A stretch of DNA of 64,000 bases from Massalongia carnosa (lineage: Eukaryota). Below the pieces are notes generated by a model. That model ran no database searches and was not told where the DNA came from. It saw only the letters and a list, made by a program, of their open reading frames with translations. Below are positions 1 to 11,921 of this stretch, one piece after another (the first letter of the stretch is position 1; each line of letters opens with the position of its first letter). A program made the position numbers and the translations under genes. The DNA lies in the NCBI GenBank assembly GCA_965645245.1, contig OZ287081.1, positions 1,736,001 through 1,800,000 on the forward strand, in the 5' to 3' direction.

Positions 1-809
1 AAGTCAATAACTTCGTAAGGAGGCGGCTTACTAGGATTTCGAGCCGCTGAATCATACATATGGGTCCGAGCATCTCCACTGGTGGCTCTAACCTTTTCGG
101 AGACCTTGTTATATTCGACGTTGAGGTTGATCGAAGAAGTCGCCTGGGGGGATAGGTCGTTGGCCACAATGGATGTTGCCCTGGGTATTTCTTTAGCATA
201 GCGAATTGCTCGAAGACCGGTAGCGGATAATGCGTCAAGAATGCGAAATGGAGCGACTCGAGGAGCCGGGCTATCACCGCTAATTTTCTCTGAAGATGGT
301 TCTCTAGTTTCGTTGACTCCTCCATCCACGCCCCCAACTTTACTTGTGGAGTCATCATTCTCCTCCCCTCTTTTTCGCTTCTTCCCCCTTTGCCCAACAC
401 AGGCTCTCTCCTGCTTGGTTTTCCTTACAGCAGCGAGGTTATCTCCGAAGACGCGGATTGCAAGAACGCTAAGATCACGATTGAATTGTTGAATAGGATT
501 GTAAAAGACGGCTTGGGGCTTTGGACCCTCGTGGTCTTGTACAGGAGTATCCTTCTTTTCATCCAAACTGAGAATATCCGCCAAGCCTTCTCGTACAACC
601 GTATACGAAATACCGTTGTAGAGTGCAGTATTCGTAGAATTTAGATGGTTGCCCGACTTCTCCATAGCTTGGGCTGGAGGAATAACTTTAGTGTCCATTG
701 TGATAGCTCTTGTGTTGCATCGCACTTTTCCAAGTAATCGATTCGGTACTTTGAAGCATTTGAGGCAGGTCGATCGCAAAGCCTGAGTAATTAAGGGAGA
801 TGGCCTCAT
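1..809 (-). CDS. TRM1: tRNA (guanine26-N2)-dimethyltransferase, 5' part (continues past the window start)
   Basis: Manual minus-strand translation, not in the ORF track: VFYNPIQQFNRDLSVLAIR, RILDALSATGLRAIRYAKEIP, IVANDLS, PYEVIDL. In-frame ATGs at 809 and 698. Confidence 0.93.
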   Translation of the reverse strand, partial: MRPSPLITQALRSTCLKCFKVPNRLLGKVRCNTRAITMDTKVIPPAQAMEKSGNHLNSTNTALYNGISYTVVREGLADILSLDEKKDTPVQDHEGPKPQAVFYNPIQQFNRDLSVLAIRVFGDNLAAVRKTKQERACVGQRGKKRKRGEENDDSTSKVGGVDGGVNETREPSSEKISGDSPAPRVAPFRILDALSATGLRAIRYAKEIPRATSIVANDLSPQATSSINLNVEYNKVSEKVRATSGDARTHMYDSAARNPSKPPPYEVID

Positions 810-919
810 GAAAACGCCGCTCTCAGTACAGAAGTGTTGATTTACTGCATCAAAGTATTACTGAATTTGTAAAATTAAGATTAGTTAGCTCAATACTGAC
901 TTACATCACACATCCAGAA

Positions 920-1008
920 GTCGCTTTGGTGGAGTGGTTAACACGTTGCCCTGCTATTATCGCCAGGCAATCCTTTCGGGGGCGTAGGTTCGAATCCTGC
1001 AGGCGACG
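920..1008 (+). tRNA. tRNA-Ser(GCT) with about 8-nt intron (957-964)
   Basis: Acceptor stem GTCGCTT/AGGCGAC; D arm; anticodon stem TTGCC/GGCAA with CT-GCT-A; long variable arm; GGTTCGAATCC B-box; downstream T-run terminator. Confidence 0.92.
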
Positions 1009-4000
1009 GTTGCTTTTTGCCGTTTTGCGAATCTTCCTTCCATTCCAGTTCAAATAACTCAATCAACAGGCAACCTTGAAAGAGCATTACACGATTTAGA
1101 TAACGTTTAGCATCATTTCCTGGGTACTTGTGATTTTTATGAACAATTATATATTGTGAAGAACGTGAATTTCGTAACGAGTACGGAGTACTTATTTATA
1201 TTCAAAGCTTTAAATTACAATGCATTTATTGAAATTGAGTTTTAGAGTATCTCAGATAGCTTTAGACTTTGAGGAAAGAACTAGAAAATATAGCCTCGAC
1301 CACGGACTACTTCTGCTTTACAAACAATTGTCTACAGAATTGGTACTCGAGACAGCTTCAACATTTCCCATCCACTCCCGCGCTTGCCTTGACCAACCGT
1401 CATTCTTCCACATTCTGCAAAAGGATCCCCAGTCTTCGTGCCTGTGCTGTGGCTTCCTGCAGAACAATCCTCAAGTTTTTAGAAATGGTCAATGAGTTAT
1501 AGAATATCTATCAGCCTACAAGATAGGCAACCCTAGCTTTATCAGAAAAGGATGTGCATCAGGAACTGCTTCCAATCAGTAAATTTTCAAACCGAGGAGC
1601 AAGTCAAGCAAGCTTTTATTCAGTCCCGCTTTTCAACACGAGAATATAGGGATATTGTGATATTTGTTCATTCGGGAGATGGAGGCTCGAAGCTGAGCTT
1701 CGAGTAGATCGAGATGGTGTAGAAAAGCGAAGAAACGAAGGGTAAGTCCATGATACTACTTCAGTCCTAATCCGCGTGGAAAAATCATCATATATACCTA
1801 GTATAATGTAGAGTTTTTCCCGCTACTAATGTAATCTTCATGTCATCTTTGATTATATTGCCCGTGCTAAAGGCTCGATATCTAGCTAGTGCTTTTTGCG
1901 TTTTGCGTTTCGGCTTGAAGAACAGAAACTAAGTGGTTTTCTCTCCTTCGGGCTGTCAATACTCATTATCTATTTCGCAGTTGGTGGAATCGAATATTTT
2001 CAAATTAATAGTAAATGGCTTACGATAAATCAGAGAAAATCGATAAACTTCTAGGCCAACATTCATCCGGCAACCATCGAAAATGAATGTGGACGCTTGG
2101 CATAATTTGTTACTGGAGTTCACTAATACCCAGCGAACGCGACTTAAGCCGTGACAAGATAACATGATTAACGCTAGGGCAAAGAAACCACAAGCCGTCG
2201 AGCTTAAAATTCCTAGAACTGCCCATTCTGTGAAGTGGTGATCAAGATCCGACCTATAGATGCAAGATGAACGAGGCTATACAGGTGAAAGTCTGGGTTT
2301 AGGACATTGTACAGCTGGTGAATCGGCCGTTCCATGCTTTAGAGCTTTACTTGTTCGGTTATTTACTGCTATCATCTTGGTTTCAGGCAAGATTTCATCA
2401 TATACCAATTTCGCAGCTTTACCCAAAGCTCATTGCAGCCACTCTAGCTCGTCCATACAACCCTGATCGAACTTTACTTGGTTTTGTCTATTCAACCTTT
2501 AGCACAAAATTCTAATCACAGGTCTTCTCAAGTCCACAGCTCGAGAACATCCTTATAACATAGCCGTCTACACTCCTATTTTCAACCCTAATCTGTACAC
2601 CACTGTCCATCTTCAGACTTCTTAGCATCTATTTTCTACCCACCATATTATTGGTCTTTCCCACTTCATTAAGTGCTGGCGCTCTCACTTTACCCTCCCC
2701 CGGAAACGAAGCCTTAAATATTAAATCAAGAGACTTCTCCCACTATCGATTTGAACCGCAGCTGGCCGCGTTCGGACTCGGTGATATCGCAGCCTATGTA
2801 AGCGAAACATGGTAAGTCCTCCAGCGTATGCTTTGAAGACCTTCGCTCAAAGACGAAGATATATTTAAAATTATTAAAACGAGAAGTACTACAATTATCG
2901 TGTCGTTTCCGTAATTGGCGTATTATTTTCTGACAACAACCTCCTGCTGCCTAGCACTGACAAGGCCATCGCTCCGAGTCAAAACTACACCATATTCAAC
3001 TGCCTTCCGTTCTTCCACTCCAACAACAATATTTGGTATTAAATGGGGCTCTCCAGGCAACCCATCCGACACTGTGGCTAGCAAACACCCAGCGAGACTC
3101 CGTGGCTGGACCAATATCGATTGTACTTGGATCCCCAGCGATGAGTTCTCCGCCGATTTCGATGGCCATTCTGCGGACCTGACAACTCAAATCAATACGT
3201 GCTTGTCGCTTTCTTCCTTTTTAGGTAATCAGCTTTGGACCAGTATCCAGTATGCCATCAATCTGTGGGCCCTAGGTCTTGATATGGTATGATGGATTTG
3301 CTAGCTAGCTCCAAAGTATTATGATATGGAGGTAAGTTAAGAATGCGAGTTTGTAGAGTAGATGGACTATCATGAGCGTTGGTTTTGTATGGGTTGAAAC
3401 GGCTCCGGTGGATATACCTTTCCAATAATTAATTCATTTCGTACGTTTTTGTTCGATAGTACTTGCGCTTCCGTTTCGGGAATATTTGTCTAAGTATTTT
3501 CAAGGCCTATTTGGTATTCTCCTGTACAGAAAATGCTTACAGAACATGCTCATAAGATTTATCTCTTTTCCTCTATCCCTCCAAATCCGATTCAAGCCAC
3601 TCGTCAAACCCCTTTCCATACCCTTGCAGATAAGCTCCATCCATTGTCTTCGTTTAACTGATCAATAGTTTGTCAGAACTTGCTTCTCTATTGTTAGACT
3701 AGCCTTCCCTAGACGTATTCCCTAATCCTTTGCCCCTTTCCTTCTCCCCTACTCATCCTTGATGAGCTAGCACGCATCTTTTCCCCTTTCCCTTTCCAAA
3801 GTCTGCCCTTCGATTTCTGCGTCTATCTCGTCAATAACCCTTTTTTTCTCCCTACGTCTATCTTCAATCTAAACTCCCAGTTCTCCTGTCACCAACCCCG
3901 ACATCTCCCAGATTTCCCCCTTCGCCTTCCCTCATTGTTCCCAAACACAGAACTACACAACTACACAAGTCTTAAGCAAATTCCTTGATTTGAAGCAAAA

Positions 4001-4419
4001 ACCATTCAACATTTCGATCACCTTAGGGATCTCTATTACAAATCAAAAACTGCGTTTACGAGATTAATAAAAGGGCTAGGAACGATATGCAAGCACCAAC
4101 AAAACCACATTTAGCCGACTTGCGGCTCACCAGTTCCAGACTCGCCACGTAGCAAGCAAATTCTCGCTACCCCTAAGGTGACCAAAGATACGCGAACGAA
4201 CTCTAAACCAAACCATAGTGCATTAGCCCACTATCCCGCTCTCCGCAAATCGCATCTTTTCGTTCTTGCGATCAAGGAGATAAATACATACCTACTTACT
4301 TTACCCACCTCCCTGTATGCTTAAGGGGCACCAACCTCTAACCTAGCTAGAACAATGGGAGGAGGGGGGTGGGAGAAGAAAGTCACCTGCTCATAATTCC
4401 CCGGCCGTACGTACTAGTT

Positions 4420-7400
4420 CTCTGGGGCGTTTTTTGTTAGCGCGGTACAAGCAGGGGTAAAAACGCGCTAATACTTCGGACAGGAAATTTATCATCATTA
4501 TTCTGTATTATCGTTGATAATGGAGCTTGCTACTCCTAAAAAGCAATGTGATTTATCTCGAGATCAACGGCCTCAAGCTTTTACTTTGCGTGATGTGGGA
4601 TGGAGTTATGCACAAATTGCTGAGCGTCTAAAAATTACCATTCGTCAGGTTCAATATGCCTGCACCGTCGGTCGTTTTACTCTACAAAAGAAATTTCAAT
4701 GCGGTCCTAAATCTTTGATCAATGATGCTTCTTGACAAATATTGATTGAGTTCGTTTGTGCTTCGTCAGAAAATCGTCGCATGCCTTATTGTCAAATTCC
4801 ATGGAAACTTGGATGGAATGTCTCGGAAACTGCTATACGAAAGGCTCTGAAACGAGAGGGGGTTTCTCGAAGATTATCATATCGAAAACCGATCATCACC
4901 GAAATCAATCGTGTCAAACGTTTCGAATGGGCTCGAGAGCATTTGATATGGAACAAAGAGCAATGGGAATCGATATTATGGAGTGATGAAACATGGGTGA
5001 ATGGCACTCGTCATCGACGCATTTGGGTGACGAGACGAGCAGGTGAAGAATTAAATCCAACCTGTGTGATTCCTCGTCTTCCCGGCAAGGGAGGATGGAT
5101 GTTTTGGGGGTGTTTTTCGGGCAGCAGAAAGGACCTTGTTTATTTTGGGGAAAAGACTGGGGAAGCATTAATCAACAGTCATGATGATGATGTATTCATA
5201 CTCCGATATGTCACCGGCCGTAGGCCGGCCCGTGCGGGCAAAGCTATCTAAGTTATGTTACATGGAAAACCTTTTTCAGGTGTAAAAACCATATCCCTTG
5301 ATACATGTCCGATGTGACACCGGGTCGACGTCGGACAGGAGACGCAGAGCGAAAATATTTTGAGAACTGCGACGCCTTGTGAGATGGGAAGGAAAAGAGA
5401 AGTGAAACTACTATTGATTGTACAATAGTGTAGATGCCAGTGAGAATTGGGTCAGTAGACCTGTTTTCATTAACCAAGCAGTTAATATCTTTAGAGTTTT
5501 TGATGTTTCGATTAGCTGTTGATAGTTGTTCGTGCCAGCGGCGCGAAACATCTGTTCTCTATTGTCAATAAGTCTACAGAACATGATTACGTGTTCTGGA
5601 GTTTGTCTGTGCCAGCCACATGGGCAGGCCGGTGAGGTGACGGCGGGGACCCGTCGCTGGTAGAGGAAGTCAGCTAGACCGATCTTACCGGTGCGGATCT
5701 GTGTTGTCAGGGCGCTTTCTGCCTTTTTTAGCAGCGTGTGTATTTTCAGTCGTTTTTTGCTCAGTGGGACTGATTGCGCTATGGAGGGTTCGGTGACGCA
5801 AATTTGATATGCGCTCCACGAGTCGTTCCAGACTTTCAGCTGTCGTGCTTTAATTGTCTGCATTTGTTTTTGACGAGTCAACGCTGCTACGGAGACTTCG
5901 CGGAGATGCGCTGGGGGGGTCGGACCATGGTGGGTGTGCTTTGGGTGGTTGAACGATTTTTGCGTCGATCGGTAGGTTTTTGGCCCAGGTGTGCTTCAGC
6001 TCTCCCGGAGTGGATTTTGAAGGCGTTTGCGACCTGCCTTGCCTCGGAGTTTGTTAACTATTTTGCTGCATGCGGAAGAAATGACCTTCGATTGACCTCC
6101 GGCTCGGTGTCGATGTCTGGTCTGCGCCTGTAACGTGTCGAGGTGTACATCTATGGATGCTATGTATGTCTCTGCTTCAAGAACTGGAATGGGAGTGGCT
6201 TTAAAAGCACCGATTATGGTGCGAAGGCAGTTGTTTTGCATAACGGAGAGCTTACTCGTTGACGTTTTTGACTTTTTGACTTCTTTGGGCATGTGCCATA
6301 CGGTTGACCTGTATGTCATGACCGGACGCACTACGGCGCTGTAAACTTCCCTTGCTTTGGTGAAGGTGGCACCCCAGGTCGATGTGGAGATTTTTGTCAA
6401 TGCCATGGATAGTTTGACCATTTTCTTTTGAGTTTTGCGAACGTGCGGCCCCCATTTCAATTTGGTGTCAATTTGTAAGCCTAAGACTCTAGAGTCCGTT
6501 ATGGGTTCAATTTCGGTGCTTGCAATGTTGATGGATGCAGCCATATTGAATCTTTTGGGATTTCTAGACAAGTGAATGAGTTCGTACTTCGTCGGAGCGA
6601 ATAGGGATCCGTGTCGGGAAGCCCACTTTTCGCATTGTCTGTGTATTGACTCTAGAGTCTTGCAATTCTCTTCGGTGCTTTTTCCATATGCCAAAATGTT
6701 GGCATCGTCTAAAAATCCTATGGCACTTGTTTTTGTGCCTAGTCGCTCACATATTTCCAATAGGTCTGCATTATAGAATAGATAAAGAATGAATGAGAGA
6801 GGGGAGCCCTGTGGTATGTCAGTTCTCACCGCGAATCGTCCGGTCGCTTTTCGATTTATAGCTAGAGTTGTGCTACGATCATTTAAAAAGCTGTTTAACC
6901 AATCAGTGACCCATTTCGGGATTTTTCTTTTACGTAGATTGTGCGTTAGTCTTTGATGTGAAACTATATCAAACGCGCCGGCGACGTCCATGCTTAAAAG
7001 TGTGGCTACTTTATCTTTTCCTTGTCCCCAAATCGTGTGAACCTGTTCGGTTAGTAACTCCAGACCCTTTCTCGCTCCCATCTGTGTGTCGGGTAGGAGC
7101 CGATGTGTTTCCGCTAAATAGGTTATTTTTGATCCTATGATAGATTCCATTACTTTGCTGAGCGTGTTGAGTAATGCAATTGGTCAGTAAGCCTTCGGCG
7201 TGGTGTAAGTTCCTTTGTCTATTTTTCTTAATGCTATTGTGTTTGCCATTTTGAAGGCTCGGGGATGGTACGAAAGTGTAACGCACGCCTGAAACAGAAA
7301 ATCAACAGTCATATTGTGAGCACATTGTGCCTATTGTTGAAGGCTGGATAAAACTCAATCCCGAACTTCATTTCATGCAAGACAATGCTCCTGGTCATGC

Positions 7401-7670
7401 AGCTCGATTAACTCGAGAAGAACTCGAGTATCGATGAATTTCATTCATTGAATGGCCACCTTTTTCACCCGATTTGAACCCGATCGAGCACGTTTGGAAC
7501 ATCATAAAAGACTGGATTCAAATGCAGTATGGTGATCATGACAAGCTCTCCTATGATAATCTGAGAAAAGCTGTAAGAGAAGCTTGGGATGCTATTACAG
7601 AAGAGCAACTAAACGTGCTCGTTGCTCTATGCCTGATCGTTGTCAAGCAGTGGTAGATGCAGGTGGATTT
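4420..7670 (+). mobile_element. Defective Tc1-like (DD34E) DNA transposon interrupted by a LINE
   Basis: Transposase pieces 4520-5182 (HTH region, WSDETW) and 7313-7667 (QDNAPGH...WPPFSPDLNPIEHVW) rejoin as GSINQQSYCEHIVP once the insert is removed; 34 residues between D and E. Stops at about 4733 and 7435, plus frameshifts. TIRs not resolved, so boundaries are approximate. Confidence 0.9.
5183..7299 (-). mobile_element. 5'-truncated Tad1-like non-LTR retrotransposon (RT plus C-terminal Cys/His knuckle), frameshifted
   Basis: RT ORF 5996-7150 (DVAGAFD, PQGSPLS, FLDD); C-terminal ORF with CPCGWHRQTPEHVIMFC; (CAT)n tail; 13-bp TSD AATCAACAGTCAT at 5170-5182 and 7300-7312. Confidence 0.93.
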
Positions 7671-8513
7671 TCTTTTTGGGGTGGGGGAAGCAGTTTTCTA
7701 AGTTTTTTTGCTCCCCTTTGCACCTTGAACGACTTGGGTTTTTGTGTGTGTGGTGTGAGAAAAGGGGAGGGGGAAGGGGGAGTTCCACTGCTTTTGTTCG
7801 AGCGAGTTTCCCGGGAAAGGGGTTTCTCGTTGTTGTTGATGGTTATTGATTGTTTGGAGGGGGGGAAGGGTGGGTTTGGTAGAGGCACTGTTGATAAATA
7901 TGCAGTTCTTTGACTTAAGAAAATACAAAGAAATAAAAGCCAAGAAGACAAGCAAGTAAGGAAAACAGGACCCCTATATATATGTACATCTATCTCTTTC
8001 TCTCTCTCTTCCTTCCTTTCTTTCTTGCCGCCACCATGTTCCCTCTTCATTCGGTTCGTTCGTGTAGGTCGCTCATTCGTTCATTCGTTCTTTAAGTCTT
8101 CGAGTCTTTCACGCACCGTAGTTAGAAGTTATTCACTTCAGGTTGGTAACATATCAGGCAGGCAGGCAGGCAGTTAGTTGGATATTCATCCATTAGGCTT
8201 CTGGCGTATCGTACCGCAACTGCAGCTAGAATGAGAGTGAATTTGTTATATGACATATATTATGTACACATATGTACCAATTTGTCACTTAATCAAACAA
8301 TCCCTCTACCCATCTATTACCCATTCATTTAAGCAACCGTCTCTATGAATCAATCAGGTACCGTTCATCTTCATCAAACCCCCCAATTCCCCGCTCTCGG
8401 GAACAAACGGGGGATGAACGAACAGACGGATGGACGAACGGAGGGAGTGAGTCATGACGCAGCCTTCTCCTTGTATAACTCTTTTTGTCGGGGATGGGAT
8501 GAGCGAGCGGCCC

Positions 8514-9141
8514 ACCACAGAACGCATCAAGGAACGCTGGGACTCCAAATGGAAGACGTACCAGAACCGCATTCCCCGCCCGACAGAGGCACAGTTGGGA
8601 GTAGGACGAGACTGAAGATTCACAACAACCTGATGAAAGCGGAAAGCGCGCTAACCACGCAAATCCGCACCGAAAAAATAGGCTTGGCAAACTTCCTGTT
8701 CATACCGGGCGTTATGACCCCGGCCTGCTCGTGCGGATGGCAGAAGCAGACAGCCAAACACATCATTCTACATTGCAGGCTAATCGACGGCAGATACGAA
8801 GTGCTAAAACAAATAGGCACCAACGACTATCGAACGATCATGAGCTCGTCGAAAATGTTGAAAAACTAACCACATGGATAATAAAAGCAAATTTGCTGAC
8901 CCAATTTTCACTAGCATCGCAACTGTTATACGAGTGATAACTCTCATTTTGTCAAGGATTTCACAAAACATCGAGCGAAGAATGCAGTCCAGAAACGGAA
9001 CACGTTTGGGATAATGGCGCAGTCTGCATGGTTTTTATCCCTTTAAAAGGTTTTCCCTGTAAGAATAAGTAGATAGCCCGCATGGGCCGGCCTTCGGCCG
9101 GTGTCAGATCGGTACAAGAATCAATCATCATCATCATCATC
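8514..9141 (+). mobile_element. 5'-truncated Tad1-like LINE 3' fragment
   Basis: Encodes KAESALTTQIRTEKIGLA...CSCGWQKQTAKHIILHC, homologous to the 5.4-5.9 kb LINE end; (CAT)n tail; 15-bp TSD ATGAGCGAGCGGCCC at 8499-8513 and 9142-9156. Confidence 0.92.
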
Positions 9142-9770
9142 ATGAGCGAGCGGCCCTTCGGGGAGATAGTAGCTGGGTGTGCGGTATGGCGGGCTTGGTG
9201 GAAGGTGGGGAGTTGGGGAGATTTTTTTGGGGGTTGAGATTATGGAAGGAAAAAGGAAGCAAAAAGGAAGGAAAGGAAAAGGAGTGGGTGAGACCTTTTT
9301 TTTTTTTGTGGGGGGGGGGGTTTATTTAGGAAGCGGTGGGCATTGGTCAGGGGTGAAAAGGTGTTTTAGGATGAGGAAGAAGTAATGGGGGATTTCAAAA
9401 TGGAAAATGCAAGGGCGTAGATGTGGATGGAAGAATATTTTGGAGATTTTACAATAGAATAGAGAATATCTAGTAAATAAAGATTGAAATTTAGCCGCTA
9501 GGAAACATTCTAGATAGATCCGTGGAGCGAGCGTAGAAAGGTGGGTTGGCGAGCGAACGACTACCAAACCTAGACAGGGAACCTGTGTAGAAAAGAAACC
9601 TCATCTTCTTATTCATAGGCTTGCATAGTGGTGTTGGAATTTCCTATTAAGAACGTAAACATGACGTAGGTACGCAAACATCTAATAACGTGATGGGAAA
9701 TGTTCAATCAAAGATTGGAGAATGCTGATTGGGCTTTCGAGGAAGGGTTGCTCATACAAACGAGCCTGAG

Positions 9771-10118
9771 CTATGCTTCCTCTTCGCTAGTGACTTCTTT
9801 TGGAATACTCGTTTTGAAAGGCGGCAGGGTGGGATTTTGGATAGGGATCGCGGCGCCGAAGTCACCCCTGGAACCAACATCTCGATAAGGGACACTGGCG
9901 GAACGATGGTTGATCCTGTAGACAATTTTTTTTTAGCACGACACCTCATAAACGTGCTGGTTGCCTTAGTGGCGCAGGATAGAACGTAATTACTTTTGCA
10001 CAGTGAGACCGCACATAGAGCAGAACCGGTGATTGCAATTTGGGTTTTGGCAGTGCACGGGGTCTGCGTGAGGGCCGTTTTTGCGGCCGCAGTGGCAGCA
10101 GAACCAGGTTTCTGACAT
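9771..10118 (-). CDS. Small (89 aa) Cys/His-rich putative zinc-binding protein, 2 exons (10118-9994, 9915-9771)
   Basis: Spliced translation MSETWFCCHCGRKNGPHADPVHCQNPNCNHRFCSMC...EEEA*; intron GTAATT...GCTAA...CAG preserves the frame. Confidence 0.65.
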
Positions 10119-11114
10119 GGCTTTAAAGAGGTTGAGAAAAGTGTAGGAATCGAACCGGGTGTGGGTTGGCTGATGTTGAAATATTTTGGGGGAAGGTAGA
10201 AGTTGGGTTGAGGATTGAGAATGCGAGTTGGGGAGTTTTTATATCGATGGAAATAGGTAGGTCCTATGCGTTATTTGAAGAATGAGGCTCTAGGATAAAC
10301 ATTTTCAATAACATAGGAACGAGGTCACTGTGGACTTGAGAGATACAGGCTCCAATTTTATTTCAACCTCCGTCATAGGGCCAGCATATTAAATGACGAA
10401 AAAGGCAACGGTGAAGCATGACTCATTGCATGGAAAGTGACGTTGTAAGACACCGGGAACGCATTGTGATTCTGAGAAATAGTGACTCTAAAAGACGGTG
10501 AAGCTCCGGTAACAGATACTATAACATAATTCCCTATGTCATGACACATAGAAAAGAGAGATACTCTCTTGCTTCACACTCTCGGGCACTGCTAGTGTAT
10601 TAGGTTTCTACATCGACCTATTTCCAGGGTTTCATGGGAGGCAGAGCATGTGGTTGGGTTAACAAGATTTGACTTAAGGTTTTCGTGGATGGTAGGTACA
10701 TTGTCGTCCTATTTCTAATCCGATATATCAAACTTTGACAATGAAGACATGGAAAGGATTAAAGCAAGGAGGAGACCCAGTGTGTTGCATGTTGCAGAAG
10801 TCTTGATGCAGGGACGTTGCATGCCATAAAGATTCGCTGAAATAGTGGCACAAGATCACGGATTTGATGGCCGTGGCTCAACTCTATGAAAGCTCTGGGC
10901 GGTCCGTCGTGAAAAGGTTCGCTTCGCATCCAGAGTATCGAAGCTAACGAGATGTCACCAGAATGAGCTTAACTGTTATGAAAGTGTCCGTAACGCTGAG
11001 GAACAGCACTCGTTCAGCAAATGATGTGGCGGTAGTAACTTGGTTGTATAGAGTGCAGCATTTTCTAATGCCTGAGCCGGCTCTTTTTCTCTTCAGGAAC
11101 ATGAGCGCAGTGCT

Positions 11115-11175
11115 AGATAGCCCGCATGGGCAGGCCTTCGGCCGGTGTCAGATCGGTACAAGAATCAATCATCAT
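11115..11175 (+). mobile_element. 61-bp LINE 3'-end insertion with TSD
   Basis: Near-identical to about 9070-9135; flanked by 15-bp direct repeat CATGAGCGCAGTGCT (11100-11114, 11176-11190). Confidence 0.9.
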
Positions 11176-11921
11176 CATGAGCGCAGTGCTGCGGAAGCGG
11201 GAGTCGATGATAAAGAGGCGAAAAACTAGAGATTTAGGTATAGTGGTAGCTGAGGATGGTAAGAGAAATGATGGGTGGAAAGTGGATCTAGGGAACCCCA
11301 GAAAGAGAAATTCTGTCAAGGTTTTGATATTAGTGAAAGAAGGGGCTTGTGGGAGTTTGAGGATATGAGGTGATAGGAGTCGGGAGTTGTAAACATCTAC
11401 TCTCAACTTCCAGTTTTCGTTATTGGCTTTTCGTCTCCTTCTCTTTCTTTTTCATCCTACCCCTAGTAACAGAAGGAAGCAGATGATCTAAGTAGATATA
11501 TATTCGAAGGTGCACCGCCGCTTATTCACTACTCTTTGGAGTTATGAATGAAGAATATTTGCCTCATTCACGTAAGTTATCTAATCGCCTGGATAATAAG
11601 GTCAGGGAGATATATATCTTTAACTCTAGCGCTATGCGGTTTATCATCAGCTATCGAGTTTCAAAATACGCGCATCACGCACCTCGTTATAGATACTCAT
11701 TAACTCAGCTACCAGATTTCGTGAAATTAGTTCGTGGGATATCTAGAAGCAATTCTGACAAAACTAGAGCTTCTATGAAGCTACTTGAACATTGCGTTTG
11801 GTTGTCTCTTGTAAACGCCCTTTTCAAACGCATCTGATCTACTTGCTGTCTTTTTTTTATTTCCTCCGTCTATCTCCTCCTTTATCGTGCTGTAGTCTCA
11901 GGGTTTAGCCATTGTGTTCAT

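Noticed and set aside
1200..3400. Coding-like fragments on both strands
   Set aside because: Multiple stops and no recognisable motif; possibly a decayed gene or TE, but I cannot support a call.
8345..8513. N-terminal part of the 174-aa ORF as a LINE-host fusion gene
   Set aside because: The TSD shows the LINE starts at 8514; the upstream in-frame stretch is low-complexity flank and the LINE part is frameshifted.
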